In this document: positions 19,459 to 29,342 of the stretch, piece by piece
Layout: each line of letters opens with the position of its first letter
How positions within the stretch are numbered: position 1 is the stretch's first letter
Assembly (NCBI GenBank): GCA_029858965.1
Contig: JAOUDZ010000008.1
Coordinates: 19,971 to 83,970 of the forward strand
Direction: 5' to 3'
DNA: 64,000 nt
Origin: Cyclobacteriaceae bacterium
GTDB lineage: Bacteria > Bacteroidota > Bacteroidia > Cytophagales > Cyclobacteriaceae
Made by a program: the position numbers and the translations under genes
The notes under the pieces: model-generated
Databases searched by the model: none
What the model saw: the letters and a program-made list of their open reading frames with translations, nothing else
Told to the model about the DNA's origin: nothing

Positions 19459-20138
19459 CTAATTTCCCTTCCCCCTCTCCTATTATCCATTACAAAACGA
19501 TCCCTGGCTGGCATTTCTATCGCTGGTAGCGTCTTCAAGTCCATCACTGCATCACTTGGTACAATTTCGTTCAGGTGAAGCAAGTAAGCTGAAAGTGCAT
19601 AAACTTCATCGGCTGTCAGTGAACCCGGTTCATTTTGGGGCATAGCTCTTCTGATGTAATCGAACAAGGTTGTTGCGTATGGCCAATAATTACCAATCGT
19701 TCTCATTGATGAATATTTATAGTCTTTGCCGAAAGGGAAATTGTTTCTGGGCTCTCTTCCTACCAACTTATCAAAAGGTCCTTCAATACCGGTTACCCCA
19801 TGACAGGCTGTACATTTATGCTTATATATAATACTACCTTCGGATACGGTCCCGCTACCGGCCGGAAGACCTGTGCCATCTGGCATGACGTCAATATCCC
19901 AAGCGCTAATCTCTTCCGCTAAGACCGTTCTTCCATAACCAAAAGATTCAGGCCAGTCCTTGGGAAAGCTAACCATTGAATCGGCAGGGTTTTGATAGTA
20001 AGTTGAATCATCTGGTAGTGAACCCATAACGGATTTTCTATCTTTCTCTATGCATGATGCCAAAAAGATAACAGTCGCCGATGTGATTGTTATCTTTCTA
20101 ACCAAACTAATCGATAGCAATTGATACCCTTTCATCAT
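19455..20138 (-). CDS. soxD: Monoheme cytochrome c, SoxD/SorB-like
   Basis: WDIDVMPDGTGLP, CTACH heme motif and TIGNYWPYATTLFDYIRRAMP, characteristic of SoxD N-terminal domains; lipoprotein-like signal. Confidence 0.8.
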   Translation of the reverse strand: MMKGYQLLSISLVRKITITSATVIFLASCIEKDRKSVMGSLPDDSTYYQNPADSMVSFPKDWPESFGYGRTVLAEEISAWDIDVMPDGTGLPAGSGTVSEGSIIYKHKCTACHGVTGIEGPFDKLVGREPRNNFPFGKDYKYSSMRTIGNYWPYATTLFDYIRRAMPQNEPGSLTADEVYALSAYLLHLNEIVPSDAVMDLKTLPAIEMPARDRFVMDNRRGGREIR

Positions 20139-21388
20139 GCCATTTCATTTAGACCCAGCAGTACCCGTCCATCCTGCTCTACCTTCCAGGCCCTTATGTG
20201 ATTGAAGTGGTAACTCGTACCCTTGCCGCGTACCTTCTCGAGTTGCGCATAGCTAGGTTGTATATATCCTGTTTCGTCTATCGCACGGCTCATCAAAATA
20301 GATTTTCTTCCATTCCAATTCCAGGGAATTCTAAATCGGGTTTGGCACTTTGATAATACGGGTTCCTGGAGCTCTGCACGATACCAATTTCGGCCACCGT
20401 CTGTACTCACCTCAACACGAATTATTTTACCCCTTCCGCTCCAGGCAAATCCCTGAATTTCCCACCAGCCCTTCTCAGGAAGCACATAGGGAAAGGATGG
20501 AAATGTGATGATTGACTTGGCATCCATCACAAAACTAAACAGCCGTGCGGTGCAGTCGGGCAATGGGTCAGAATACTTTGATGTCTCTTCTCGCGTCATG
20601 AATGGCTTATCGGAGAGTTCCAATCTTCGTATCCACTTCACCTGCGAATTCCCTTCCCAACCGGGCAACAGCAATCGGGCAGGATATCCCTGCTCCGGTC
20701 GTATCGCCTCCCCGTTTTGTCCAAAAACAATCATGGCATCATCCCAGGCTTTTTCAATCGGAATGCTACGCGTCATCACCGCTGCATCAGATCCTTCTGC
20801 CAGAAACCATTTCGCGCCGGGCTTTACACCAACCTCCCGAAATAACGTTGACAACATCATGCCTGTCCACTCACTCGTGCTTAAAAGCCCGTCTAGTCGT
20901 TGTGGGGATAGTTCCTCCGTTATACCCTGTTTATAATATCCGGAATACCCGTTTCCGGAACATTCAATGAAACAAATTCTTGATCGCTGCGGAAATCGTT
21001 TCAAGTCCGCTAACGTGAATTTCATAGGACGCTCAACCATCCCATGAATAAGTAATTCATAAGTCTCCGGCTCAATCGTGGGTATTCCACCGTGATGCCG
21101 TTCAAAATGAATGTCGGATGGCGTAATGATTCCGACCAGGTCCTGGATGGGGCACATTGATTCGCCTGAAGGTGTTGGCCGATTTACATAACGCGTAAGT
21201 TGCTCAACTGGCGCCCGTTTGCCAATCGCTGAGGAGCCACGGCCTATCGTCTTCGTTGGATCTGTTGGAGAAAACACAGTCATCGCATTGGCTGCCGTCT
21301 TCAAGATGACTCCACTAATTAAACCACCGGAAGCAGCCAGCAAGGTTCGTCGTGAAAGTAAGTGTTGATCTATCTTTTTCCATTCCAT
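20135..21388 (-). CDS. soxC: Molybdopterin sulfite dehydrogenase, SoxC-type, TAT-exported
   Basis: SRRTLL twin-arginine; FERHHGG, FIECSGNG (Mo-ligating Cys), PEQGYPARLLLPGWEG, REETSKY, RVEVSTDGG. Confidence 0.88.
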   Translation of the reverse strand: MEWKKIDQHLLSRRTLLAASGGLISGVILKTAANAMTVFSPTDPTKTIGRGSSAIGKRAPVEQLTRYVNRPTPSGESMCPIQDLVGIITPSDIHFERHHGGIPTIEPETYELLIHGMVERPMKFTLADLKRFPQRSRICFIECSGNGYSGYYKQGITEELSPQRLDGLLSTSEWTGMMLSTLFREVGVKPGAKWFLAEGSDAAVMTRSIPIEKAWDDAMIVFGQNGEAIRPEQGYPARLLLPGWEGNSQVKWIRRLELSDKPFMTREETSKYSDPLPDCTARLFSFVMDAKSIITFPSFPYVLPEKGWWEIQGFAWSGRGKIIRVEVSTDGGRNWYRAELQEPVLSKCQTRFRIPWNWNGRKSILMSRAIDETGYIQPSYAQLEKVRGKGTSYHFNHIRAWKVEQDGRVLLGLNEMA

Positions 21389-21440
21389 AACTGCGATACC
21401 TTTTTATTGACGGACTACATGATAATTAGAATGAAGGTAC

Positions 21441-21448
21441 CAAAATTA
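21441..21448 (-). promoter_or_regulatory. Bacteroidota -7 promoter box upstream of soxC
   Basis: Minus strand reads TAATTTTG (TAnnTTTG consensus), about 50 nt before the start; no clear -33 box. Confidence 0.45.
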
Positions 21449-21730
21449 AGCGCAATAGAATAGCGAGTCTTTGCATTAGCTACCTTTCGGTCCTCGTTTC
21501 CGGGAACCAATCAGGTTCGTACCAACTATGAAGGCGTCTGCTTACAATTGATGCGCTACAAGATTATGCATGGCCCTACAAATGCAGACTTACCAGCTCT
21601 AAGTTGAATAGATTATGGGAATGCTGCTGCGCAAGTAAAACTATGAATTGATCTGTGTCTTTTAAGCAATTAACTCTCAACGCCTGTTTTGCCTACAAGA
21701 AGGGCAAGAAATCGTAGTGACACATCTAAT

Positions 21731-22600
21731 TTACTTACCAGGTTCTATGTGAATTAATACCTGCCCCAAGCTTGGTATTTGATTTCGTAGGGTATCTTTC
21801 AGTTTATGCGCCAAATCGTGGCCCTCTTTGACCGAACGCTTCCCATTTACGATGGCATGCAAATCAACGTGGTACTTCATTCCTGCCTTTCGTATGAAGC
21901 ACTTTTCCGTTCCTAAAATTCCATCGACGCTAAGCGAAATCCGTCTTATATCATCAATCAAATCGTCATACAGATGTTCATCCATAATTTCTCCGAGCGC
22001 CGGCCGAAAAATTAAATAACTGTTGTACAGAATGAAGGCAGAGGCAAACAATGCAGCCCAATCATCCGCCGTTTCATATCCTTTTCCAAAAATCAGCGCA
22101 ATAGAAATGCCGATGAATGCTGTAATCGAGGTAATTGCGTCACTCCGGTGATGCCACGCATCAGCTCTCAGTGATGAACTCCTGGTTTCTATGCTCTTTT
22201 TGATCACGATGCGGTAGGATATTTCTTTCCACAGAATTATCAACCCAAGAACGAGTAATGTCCAGGGTTCCGGAATTTTATGTGGGGTCTGAATATGTAA
22301 AATACTCTGGTAGGCAATAACGGTTGCTGAAACGATCAGGAACCCGACCACAAAGAAAGTAACCAAAGGCTCTATTTTTCCGTGTCCATAGGGATGGTTT
22401 TTATCAGCGGGTAAATTCGCATACTTTATGCCCAGCAAAACAAGCAGAGAAGCAAAAATGTCTGTTGTGGATTCAATGGCATCAGCAATAAGCGCATACG
22501 AATTTCCGAGAAGGCCCGCAATCCCTTTGATTATCGCCAGGCATGTGTTGCCCACGATACTGAAATACGTTGTTCGGATGGCTTTTTGCTCATTTTCCAT
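21731..22600 (-). CDS. Cation diffusion facilitator (FieF-like) transporter
   Basis: ALIADAIES, HPYGHGKIE, ADAWHHRSD, C-terminal HVDLH and LIHIEP. Confidence 0.92.
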   Translation of the reverse strand: MENEQKAIRTTYFSIVGNTCLAIIKGIAGLLGNSYALIADAIESTTDIFASLLVLLGIKYANLPADKNHPYGHGKIEPLVTFFVVGFLIVSATVIAYQSILHIQTPHKIPEPWTLLVLGLIILWKEISYRIVIKKSIETRSSSLRADAWHHRSDAITSITAFIGISIALIFGKGYETADDWAALFASAFILYNSYLIFRPALGEIMDEHLYDDLIDDIRRISLSVDGILGTEKCFIRKAGMKYHVDLHAIVNGKRSVKEGHDLAHKLKDTLRNQIPSLGQVLIHIEPGK

Positions 22601-22701
22601 TGAAAGCCTCTAAAATTCTGATTCCAAGTAATTATATCCCTTGACAATATATCAAATAGTCAGCACGCCGACGTGCTTGTCATAAAGAGCACCCCGAAAG
22701 C

Positions 22702-23343
22702 CTACTCTTGGTTTTTCAGCTTAATCCGAAAGTACCACCTTACCATAATCCAGATCAACGGCGGAAGTCCGGCGCTCAGGCCAATTGCTACTGCCGGATG
22801 CGAAATGCCCGTTGACCCAACAAAGGCATACGTAAACCCCAATGGCAAGGAGCCGCAAAGCAACGCAACATGAAAATACCGTGCACGCATACGCGTTAAT
22901 CCTGCCATACATGAAATCACCTCGGGAAAAACAGGTAGCCAGCGCGATAAAACTACTACCCACCCGCCAATATCATTTGATAGATTTTTGCCGTGGGAGT
23001 AATCCTTTGCGCCGAGCAACCGAATTGCTGCTTTTTCTCCCAACGAACGACAAAGCCAATATCCCAAAGATCCAGCCATAAGCGATCCTGCCGCGCTTAT
23101 CAATCCTCCAATCACAGGGCCGTAAATATAACCCAGCGCAGACATTACCAGCGTTGCAGGGAGTGGCAACAACAGATCAGCCATCAACAACACAATGGCC
23201 GCAATCCATGCCCAGTCACCATACTGGCCTAACCATCCAATTGTTCCTTCCTGAGAAAATGTAGTCATCAGCGAATCACCCCAAACAAAAAAGATGGCCA
23301 GGACAATTGCGGCTAGAACCAAAAAAATTATCAGTAGTCGCAC
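22702..23343 (-). CDS. TVP38/TMEM64 (DedA/VTT domain) membrane protein
   Basis: DLLLPLPATLV, GSLAGYWLCR and SRWLPVFPEVISCMAG re-entrant helix motifs. Confidence 0.85.
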   Translation of the reverse strand: MRLLIIFLVLAAIVLAIFFVWGDSLMTTFSQEGTIGWLGQYGDWAWIAAIVLLMADLLLPLPATLVMSALGYIYGPVIGGLISAAGSLMAGSLGYWLCRSLGEKAAIRLLGAKDYSHGKNLSNDIGGWVVVLSRWLPVFPEVISCMAGLTRMRARYFHVALLCGSLPLGFTYAFVGSTGISHPAVAIGLSAGLPPLIWIMVRWYFRIKLKNQE

Positions 23344-23513
23344 AGAATTACAAAGTTTTTAAATTGAACAAGCCGTTCAGCCGTATCAAATGAAAAGAAT
23401 TATTTGTATTCCAACAATTTGAATGGCATCCCATTTTCATTCCGGTGGAATTAATTCGCTATTTTATTTAGCTTACCCTCTCAAATGATCCAACAAACGA
23501 ACGAATAGAAGTT

Positions 23514-23960
23514 ATGAGCAAGCCCGCTCCGAAAACTATTGATCCGAAAGAGATTCCCCAACGTGCCGCAGAAATAGTAAAGAAAGTCAGATTTCCAATG
23601 CTTGCCACAATGGATGGAAATCAGCCGCGCGTCCGACCAGTATCGCCGGTACGCACAGAAGGCTTCACTGTATATGTGGCCAACTTGAAAAGCTATGGTA
23701 AAACAGCAGAGATTGCATTGAACCCAAGTGTTGAATTGTGTTACCTTGACGAGGATCACAACCAGGTACGCATCACAGGAAAAGCAAAAATTGTTGATGA
23801 CCGAAACCTGCTTGAGGAAATCTGGAACGCTAATAGATTATTACAACACTATCTCGGTTCAGTGGATAATCCGGAACTTGTGGTGTACAGGATCAATCCC
23901 GAACGCGTGCGTTTCATGCTTGAGTGGGCGCTGCAGTATTATGAGGTTCCGCTAGAGTAG
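23514..23960 (+). CDS. Pyridoxamine 5-phosphate oxidase-like FMN-binding protein
   Basis: LATMDGNQPRVRP, K-x-x-EIALNPSVELC, VRITGKA split-barrel motifs. Confidence 0.85.
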   Translation: MSKPAPKTIDPKEIPQRAAEIVKKVRFPMLATMDGNQPRVRPVSPVRTEGFTVYVANLKSYGKTAEIALNPSVELCYLDEDHNQVRITGKAKIVDDRNLLEEIWNANRLLQHYLGSVDNPELVVYRINPERVRFMLEWALQYYEVPLE

Positions 23961-23970
23961 AGGCTAAAAA

Positions 23971-24900
23971 TTATTTCCGTGGAAGATGGGCGTGCACTTC
24001 ATCATGCATGGTATAGAGGCGGTAGTGCTCACCATCAGGTACCAAGATCGGACTGGATTTATTCTCACGCATAATAGGATTCTTATCGTATTTAACCCAA
24101 TGAACCAGGTCATCAGAAATGGCCACACAACTCGTCCATTCGTGCCAATCTTCAAATTCGGTCGCATGATAGTATGCGTAGTACTTATTTTTATGCTTAA
24201 TAATCTGGTTTACGGCAACACCATACTTGTCATATGTTTCAGGACCGATATTTATGACAGGCTCATCTTGCTTATTGGTCCAGACCTTGAGATCCGAAGA
24301 AGTGGCCAGCCAAATGCCCAGGTCTCCACGTTCATAAAATAGATACCATACACCATTCTCGCGCCAAACTGTTGGGGTTCCGTATGGTCCTTCGCTTATC
24401 GGCTCACCATTTTTGTTTCGGATATCCAATGGTCCCTTCTCCTTCCAGTGTATTCGATCCATAGAGGTTAGCATGTGTGCAATGTCGCCTCTACCTTCTG
24501 CAAACATATAATAGTTGTCACCCTCTTTTACAACCATCATATCCTCAACCCAGCCTGAATCAAAGATGGGATTGCCCGGATACCGGGTCCATATAAGACC
24601 ATCCGGTGATGTTGCATAACCGAGATGCATCTCCTGATCCGGTGCATCACGAAAGCCGGTATACCACATGTGGTATTCACCGTCTTCAACAAGGATGTAG
24701 CCCCTTTCGCGAATTTTTTGATCCCAGGTATCTGTTCCTGTGCCAGCAAAGACTGGATTGTTTTCAACAGGAATAAAATCAAGGACTTCCAGGGCAACGT
24801 TAGCAGTATCACCTTGCACAGCGTCTTCGGACGTGGCACCGGGTTTGGAGCATGCTGTCAGAAGAACACAAAATAGGGCAATGAGATTAACACTTTTCAT
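23971..24900 (-). CDS. Five-bladed beta-propeller glycosidase-like lipoprotein (GH43/32/130 superfamily)
   Basis: Lipobox LTAC; repeated blade motifs NPVF/NPIF/EPVI/NPIM, MWYTG, GYATSPDGLIW, ATSSDLKVW. Confidence 0.72.
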   Translation of the reverse strand: MKSVNLIALFCVLLTACSKPGATSEDAVQGDTANVALEVLDFIPVENNPVFAGTGTDTWDQKIRERGYILVEDGEYHMWYTGFRDAPDQEMHLGYATSPDGLIWTRYPGNPIFDSGWVEDMMVVKEGDNYYMFAEGRGDIAHMLTSMDRIHWKEKGPLDIRNKNGEPISEGPYGTPTVWRENGVWYLFYERGDLGIWLATSSDLKVWTNKQDEPVINIGPETYDKYGVAVNQIIKHKNKYYAYYHATEFEDWHEWTSCVAISDDLVHWVKYDKNPIMRENKSSPILVPDGEHYRLYTMHDEVHAHLPRK

Positions 24901-25012
24901 AATATTCCCTAAAATACTTTAATTTCTTAATGAATAAAGTACGTATGGCTGAATCATTAGCTTAAATAATCATCATATCTTATTTGATAAGTTTTCACTA
25001 ACTTTTAAAAAA

Positions 25013-26326
25013 ATGAAGAATAACCGCAGGACATTTCTAAAATTGACAGGGTTGGCGGGGCTTACAGTAGCCGGAAGCAGTGTTCTGCGGGGTTTTTCTC
25101 CACCAATAGAAAACCAAAGTAAAGTGAGCTCAATAAACTCAATGCAGGATACAAATGCTTTTGCAGCCGCAAATGTAAATGAAGGAAATGTCAGCATCAT
25201 TGGTCAATATGGGCAATGGGCAACTTCACTAACCTCAGGGCGGCTCCCAACGCTGTCCTTCCGAAACAAGGAATGGTCAGATGTGGAGGCATGGCGAACC
25301 CTGGCTAAAAAAAGGCTAAGCGAGCGATTGGCTATTCCGAAAATTGGCGGACTTCCACCGGTACAGGTAAATAAAGAGTACACTTTTGAAGGGCTCCAAA
25401 TCGAAGAAATAAGTTGGCAACTGCCTTATGGTCGACCAACGACAGGCATCATTTTAAAACCGCAAAATGCCAAAGGACGGCTGCCTGGGATCCTTGCCTT
25501 TCACGACCATGGTGGAAACAAATACTTTGGTACGCGAAAGATCACACGAACCGGCGATCAGCAGCATCCCGCAATGGCAACCCATCAGCAGGAATATTAC
25601 AGTGGTAAAGCCTGGGCAAATGAAATTGCCAAAAGAGGGTATGTGGTTTTGGTCGCAGATGCTTTTACATTTGCCAGTCGGCGTGTTATGTTGCAGGATG
25701 TGCCCGCGCATTTGCGCAACGGACTGAACGACCAGGATCCGGAAAATCCCACAAACATTGAAGCTTACAACGATTGGGCTGGTCAACACGAGCATATTAT
25801 GGCCAAATCATTGTTCAGCGCGGGAACTACCTGGCCTGGCGTATTCTTTGCAGAAGACCAGAAAGCGCTTGACATTTTGTGTGCACGAAAAGATGTGGAT
25901 GCCACTCGCATTGGATGTGGTGGACTGTCCGGTGGTGGAATTCGGACTGTATTCATGGGTGGGATGGATGAAAGAATTAAATGTGCTGTATGCGTTGGTT
26001 TTATGACTACATGGAAAGATTTTGTTATGGAAAAATCGTTTACCCATACCTGGATGACGTACGTCCCCATCCTTCCCAACGAGCTGGAGTTTCCTGAAAT
26101 TCTTGGCTTGCGCACGCCACTTCCCGCCCTCGTACTGAATGACAACGATGATTCACTATATACGCTCCCCGAAATGAAGGAAGCCGACAAAATTCTTCAG
26201 GATGTATATAAAAAGGCAAATGCATCAGATCATTACCAATGTTCCTATTACCCCGGTCCGCATAAGTTTGACGCAAAAATGCAAACCGAAGCTTTTGGCT
26301 GGTTTGATCGGTGGTTGCAACTATAA
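25013..26326 (+). CDS. TAT-exported alpha/beta hydrolase (dienelactone hydrolase/esterase-like)
   Basis: NRRTFLK signal; LAFHDHGG, GCGGLSGGG nucleophile elbow, C-terminal PGPHKF. Confidence 0.8.
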   Translation: MKNNRRTFLKLTGLAGLTVAGSSVLRGFSPPIENQSKVSSINSMQDTNAFAAANVNEGNVSIIGQYGQWATSLTSGRLPTLSFRNKEWSDVEAWRTLAKKRLSERLAIPKIGGLPPVQVNKEYTFEGLQIEEISWQLPYGRPTTGIILKPQNAKGRLPGILAFHDHGGNKYFGTRKITRTGDQQHPAMATHQQEYYSGKAWANEIAKRGYVVLVADAFTFASRRVMLQDVPAHLRNGLNDQDPENPTNIEAYNDWAGQHEHIMAKSLFSAGTTWPGVFFAEDQKALDILCARKDVDATRIGCGGLSGGGIRTVFMGGMDERIKCAVCVGFMTTWKDFVMEKSFTHTWMTYVPILPNELEFPEILGLRTPLPALVLNDNDDSLYTLPEMKEADKILQDVYKKANASDHYQCSYYPGPHKFDAKMQTEAFGWFDRWLQL

Positions 26327-26387
26327 AAATGCGCTTTTTGTAACAGATTGCTTACGGTAGTCTTACGATGATATAAACAGATATACT

Positions 26388-27740
26388 ATGAAAACCTTAC
26401 CTGACTCCCGCCGACAGTTCCTAAAGAAAGCAATTGCAGGAACCGCAGCCGTATCACTCGGCGGCGTACTTCCGAAATTCAGTCCCAAAAGTTACGCCAA
26501 TATTCTTGGCGCGAATGAGCGTGTCCGTGTGGGCATGATGGGCGTCAACAGTCGGGGTTTAGCCTTATCTTCTACGTTTGCCCTTCAGTCCAATTGCGAA
26601 ATAATTTCGATCTCAGATGTTGACGCAATAGCCCTGGAACGGTGTATGACGGAAGTAAAAGGCCTGCAGAAAACAACACCAAAAGGATACCAGGATTTCA
26701 GAAAAGCCTTGGAGGATAAAGACATGGATGCACTTGTTATCGCTGCACCCGATCACTGGCATGCGCCAGCTGCAATTCTTGCCTCAAAGGCAGGAAAACA
26801 TGTTTACCTTGAAAAGCCATGCAGCCATAACCCCCATGAAGGTGAGTTATTGTTATCTGTTGCAAAAAAATATAAGAACACTATCCAAATGGGAAATCAA
26901 CGAAGGTCGTGGCCGAATGTGATCGCCGCGATTCAGGAAGTAAAAACCGGCACTATTGGTCGCCCGTATTTTGCGAAAGGATGGTACACAAACAACCGGG
27001 AATCCATCGGTATTGGCAAAAAAACTGCGGTGCCAGCAAGTTTAGATTATGATCTGTGGCAGGGTCCAGCACCACGTCTTCCCTATAAAGACAATCTCAT
27101 CCATTACAACTGGCATTGGCATTGGAACTGGGGGACAGGTGAAGCACTTAATAACGGTACACATATGCTGGACTTAATGCGATGGGGCCTTGGCGTAGAG
27201 TATCCGACACGTGTAACCTCATCGGGTGGACGTTATCGGTATAAGGATGACTGGGAAACACCCGACACGCAAGTTATTAACCTGGAGTTTGCAAACAACA
27301 CCTTCATGTCGTGGGAAGGAAGGAGCTGCAATGGACGTACCATTGAGGGAACTCCGGTTGGCGTAATGTTTTATGGCGAACTGGGATCTGTCTTAATTGA
27401 GTCCGGAAACGCCTACAAAGTTTACGATCTCGACAACAAGCTTATAAAAGATGTTGTAAATGACCTGGAGATTAATCCCCTGGATCGTATGAATCCTTCT
27501 CAGGCACTTGACAGCATTCACATTCAGAATTTCTTCGACGGCATTAATAAAGGAACAACGCTTAATTCTGATATATTGGGTGGCCACCAGAGCACATTGC
27601 TCTGCCAGCTAGGTAATATTGCCCTCAGGTCAGATAGTTCGCTTGAAATTGATCCGTTAAATGGGCATATCAAAAACAACCTGGCGGCCGAGAAGTATTG
27701 GACAAGAGCGTATCAACCAGGATGGGAACCAACAGCATGA
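26388..27740 (+). CDS. TAT-exported Gfo/Idh/MocA oxidoreductase
   Basis: SRRQFLK; VRVGMMG, APDHWH, VYLEKP, GNQRRS, NNGTHMLD. Confidence 0.92.
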   Translation: MKTLPDSRRQFLKKAIAGTAAVSLGGVLPKFSPKSYANILGANERVRVGMMGVNSRGLALSSTFALQSNCEIISISDVDAIALERCMTEVKGLQKTTPKGYQDFRKALEDKDMDALVIAAPDHWHAPAAILASKAGKHVYLEKPCSHNPHEGELLLSVAKKYKNTIQMGNQRRSWPNVIAAIQEVKTGTIGRPYFAKGWYTNNRESIGIGKKTAVPASLDYDLWQGPAPRLPYKDNLIHYNWHWHWNWGTGEALNNGTHMLDLMRWGLGVEYPTRVTSSGGRYRYKDDWETPDTQVINLEFANNTFMSWEGRSCNGRTIEGTPVGVMFYGELGSVLIESGNAYKVYDLDNKLIKDVVNDLEINPLDRMNPSQALDSIHIQNFFDGINKGTTLNSDILGGHQSTLLCQLGNIALRSDSSLEIDPLNGHIKNNLAAEKYWTRAYQPGWEPTA

Positions 27741-27811
27741 AACATGGCGGACCATAGTTCATATTTCATTAATAAAAATTCAGGTGTAACTGAAAACAAA
27801 ATGCAGACTAT

Positions 27812-29230
27812 ATGAAAAGCAATCGTAGAGATTTTTTGAGACTTTCCGGACTCGCTGGATTAGGCCTTGCGGGGGCCAATATGATAGACGGAAACGCGGC
27901 GATTCCAGATTCACCAAAAATTGATAACCGGCTGAACAGGCAGGATGGCAAACGATTTAATATGAGCGGGTTTGCTGCACCTAAGTTGGAAACCGTACGA
28001 ATCGGTTTCATTGGACTTGGCAACCGCGGACCAGCCGCTGTAGACCGGATGCGCAAAATTGAAGGCGTAGAGATCAAAGCTTTGTGTGATCTGCGACCGG
28101 AAAAAGCCGCCCATGCAAATGAGCTTTTGAAAAATACATCTCATCATCCTGACCTTTATACGGGAAATGAAAACGAATGGAAGAAAGTTTGTGAGCGGAG
28201 TGATATCGACCTGATCTACATAGCAACCCCATGGGCCCTTCATACCACAATGGCGGTTTATGCCATGGAGCACGGTAAACATGCGGCGAGTGAGGTTCCC
28301 GCAGCTGTGACGCTGGAACAATGCTGGCAACTGGTAGAGACTTCAGAAAAAATGAAAAAGCATTGCATGATCCTGGAGAACTGCTGCTACGACTTCTTTG
28401 AGTTGCTCACGCTCAACATGGCAAGGCAGGGGTGGTTTGGGGAAATTATCCATGCTGAAGGAGCCTACATTCACCATCTGCTTGAAGACAATTTTTCTAA
28501 AACCAAGTATTACGACATGTGGCGCCTGAAGGAGAATTTCAGGAATGGAAGTCTATATCCAACGCATGGGCTAGGCCCGATTGCACAAGTGTTGGACATC
28601 AATCGAGGGGACCGAATGGATTATCTGGTCTCGGTTTCCACGAATGACTTCATGATGGGAAACCTTGCCAGGGAGCTGGCCTCAACGGACAGCTTTTACA
28701 AGCCCTATGAGAACAAAAGCTTCCGTGGTAACATGAACACAACAACCATCCGAACCATTAAGGGAAAGACGATGATGATTCAACACGATGTAACCTCTCC
28801 TCGTCCTTATTCTCGCATACACCTCGTAAGCGGCACGAAAGGCACTGCGCTAAAATATCCAGAACCAGGCCGCATCTCTAACAGCCATGAAGGATGGTTA
28901 AACGAAGCAGAATTCAAAGTACTGGAGGAAAAATATGCGCCTCCCATTGTGAAGAAAGTTGGCGAACTCGCGAAGCAAATCGGTGGACATGGCGGCATGG
29001 ACTTTCTAATGGATTGGCGACTAATTGATTGTTTGCGAAATGGCTTACCCCTGGACATTGATGTATATGATGCTGCTGCATGGAGTTCCATTGGGCCGCT
29101 GAGTGAAAAATCTGTTGCCAGCCGATCTAACACCATCGATATACCCGATTTTACAAATGGCTTTTGGAAAACAAATGTACCTGTTGATGTCTTTCTGCAA
29201 AAAGGAGGGAACACCAATGTGAAAATATAG
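27812..29230 (+). CDS. GH109 NAD-dependent alpha-N-acetylgalactosaminidase-like protein, TAT-exported
   Basis: NRRDFLR; RIGFIGLGNRG, ATPWALH, ENCCY, YPTHGLGP, GHGGMDFLMD motifs of GH109. Confidence 0.85.
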   Translation: MKSNRRDFLRLSGLAGLGLAGANMIDGNAAIPDSPKIDNRLNRQDGKRFNMSGFAAPKLETVRIGFIGLGNRGPAAVDRMRKIEGVEIKALCDLRPEKAAHANELLKNTSHHPDLYTGNENEWKKVCERSDIDLIYIATPWALHTTMAVYAMEHGKHAASEVPAAVTLEQCWQLVETSEKMKKHCMILENCCYDFFELLTLNMARQGWFGEIIHAEGAYIHHLLEDNFSKTKYYDMWRLKENFRNGSLYPTHGLGPIAQVLDINRGDRMDYLVSVSTNDFMMGNLARELASTDSFYKPYENKSFRGNMNTTTIRTIKGKTMMIQHDVTSPRPYSRIHLVSGTKGTALKYPEPGRISNSHEGWLNEAEFKVLEEKYAPPIVKKVGELAKQIGGHGGMDFLMDWRLIDCLRNGLPLDIDVYDAAAWSSIGPLSEKSVASRSNTIDIPDFTNGFWKTNVPVDVFLQKGGNTNVKI

Positions 29231-29342
29231 GTTAACAGGATTGTCTATGGTCCTTATCAAACCATGGACCTAATGAATACGAGCGCTCAGGAAATCTCGT
29301 GCATAAACAAGTCGCTCACTAAAACGCTTCCCATAAATCAAA

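Noticed and set aside
17662-21388. Evidence for lithotrophic thiosulfate oxidation
   Set aside because: soxCD alone is insufficient; soxXA, soxYZ and soxB are not in the window.
21475-21526. Hammerhead ribozyme or TPP riboswitch reading of the stem-loop
   Set aside because: The core reads CUGAUU rather than CUGANGA and stems I/III do not close correctly; the TPP 5-prime half (GGG...CUGAGA) is absent.
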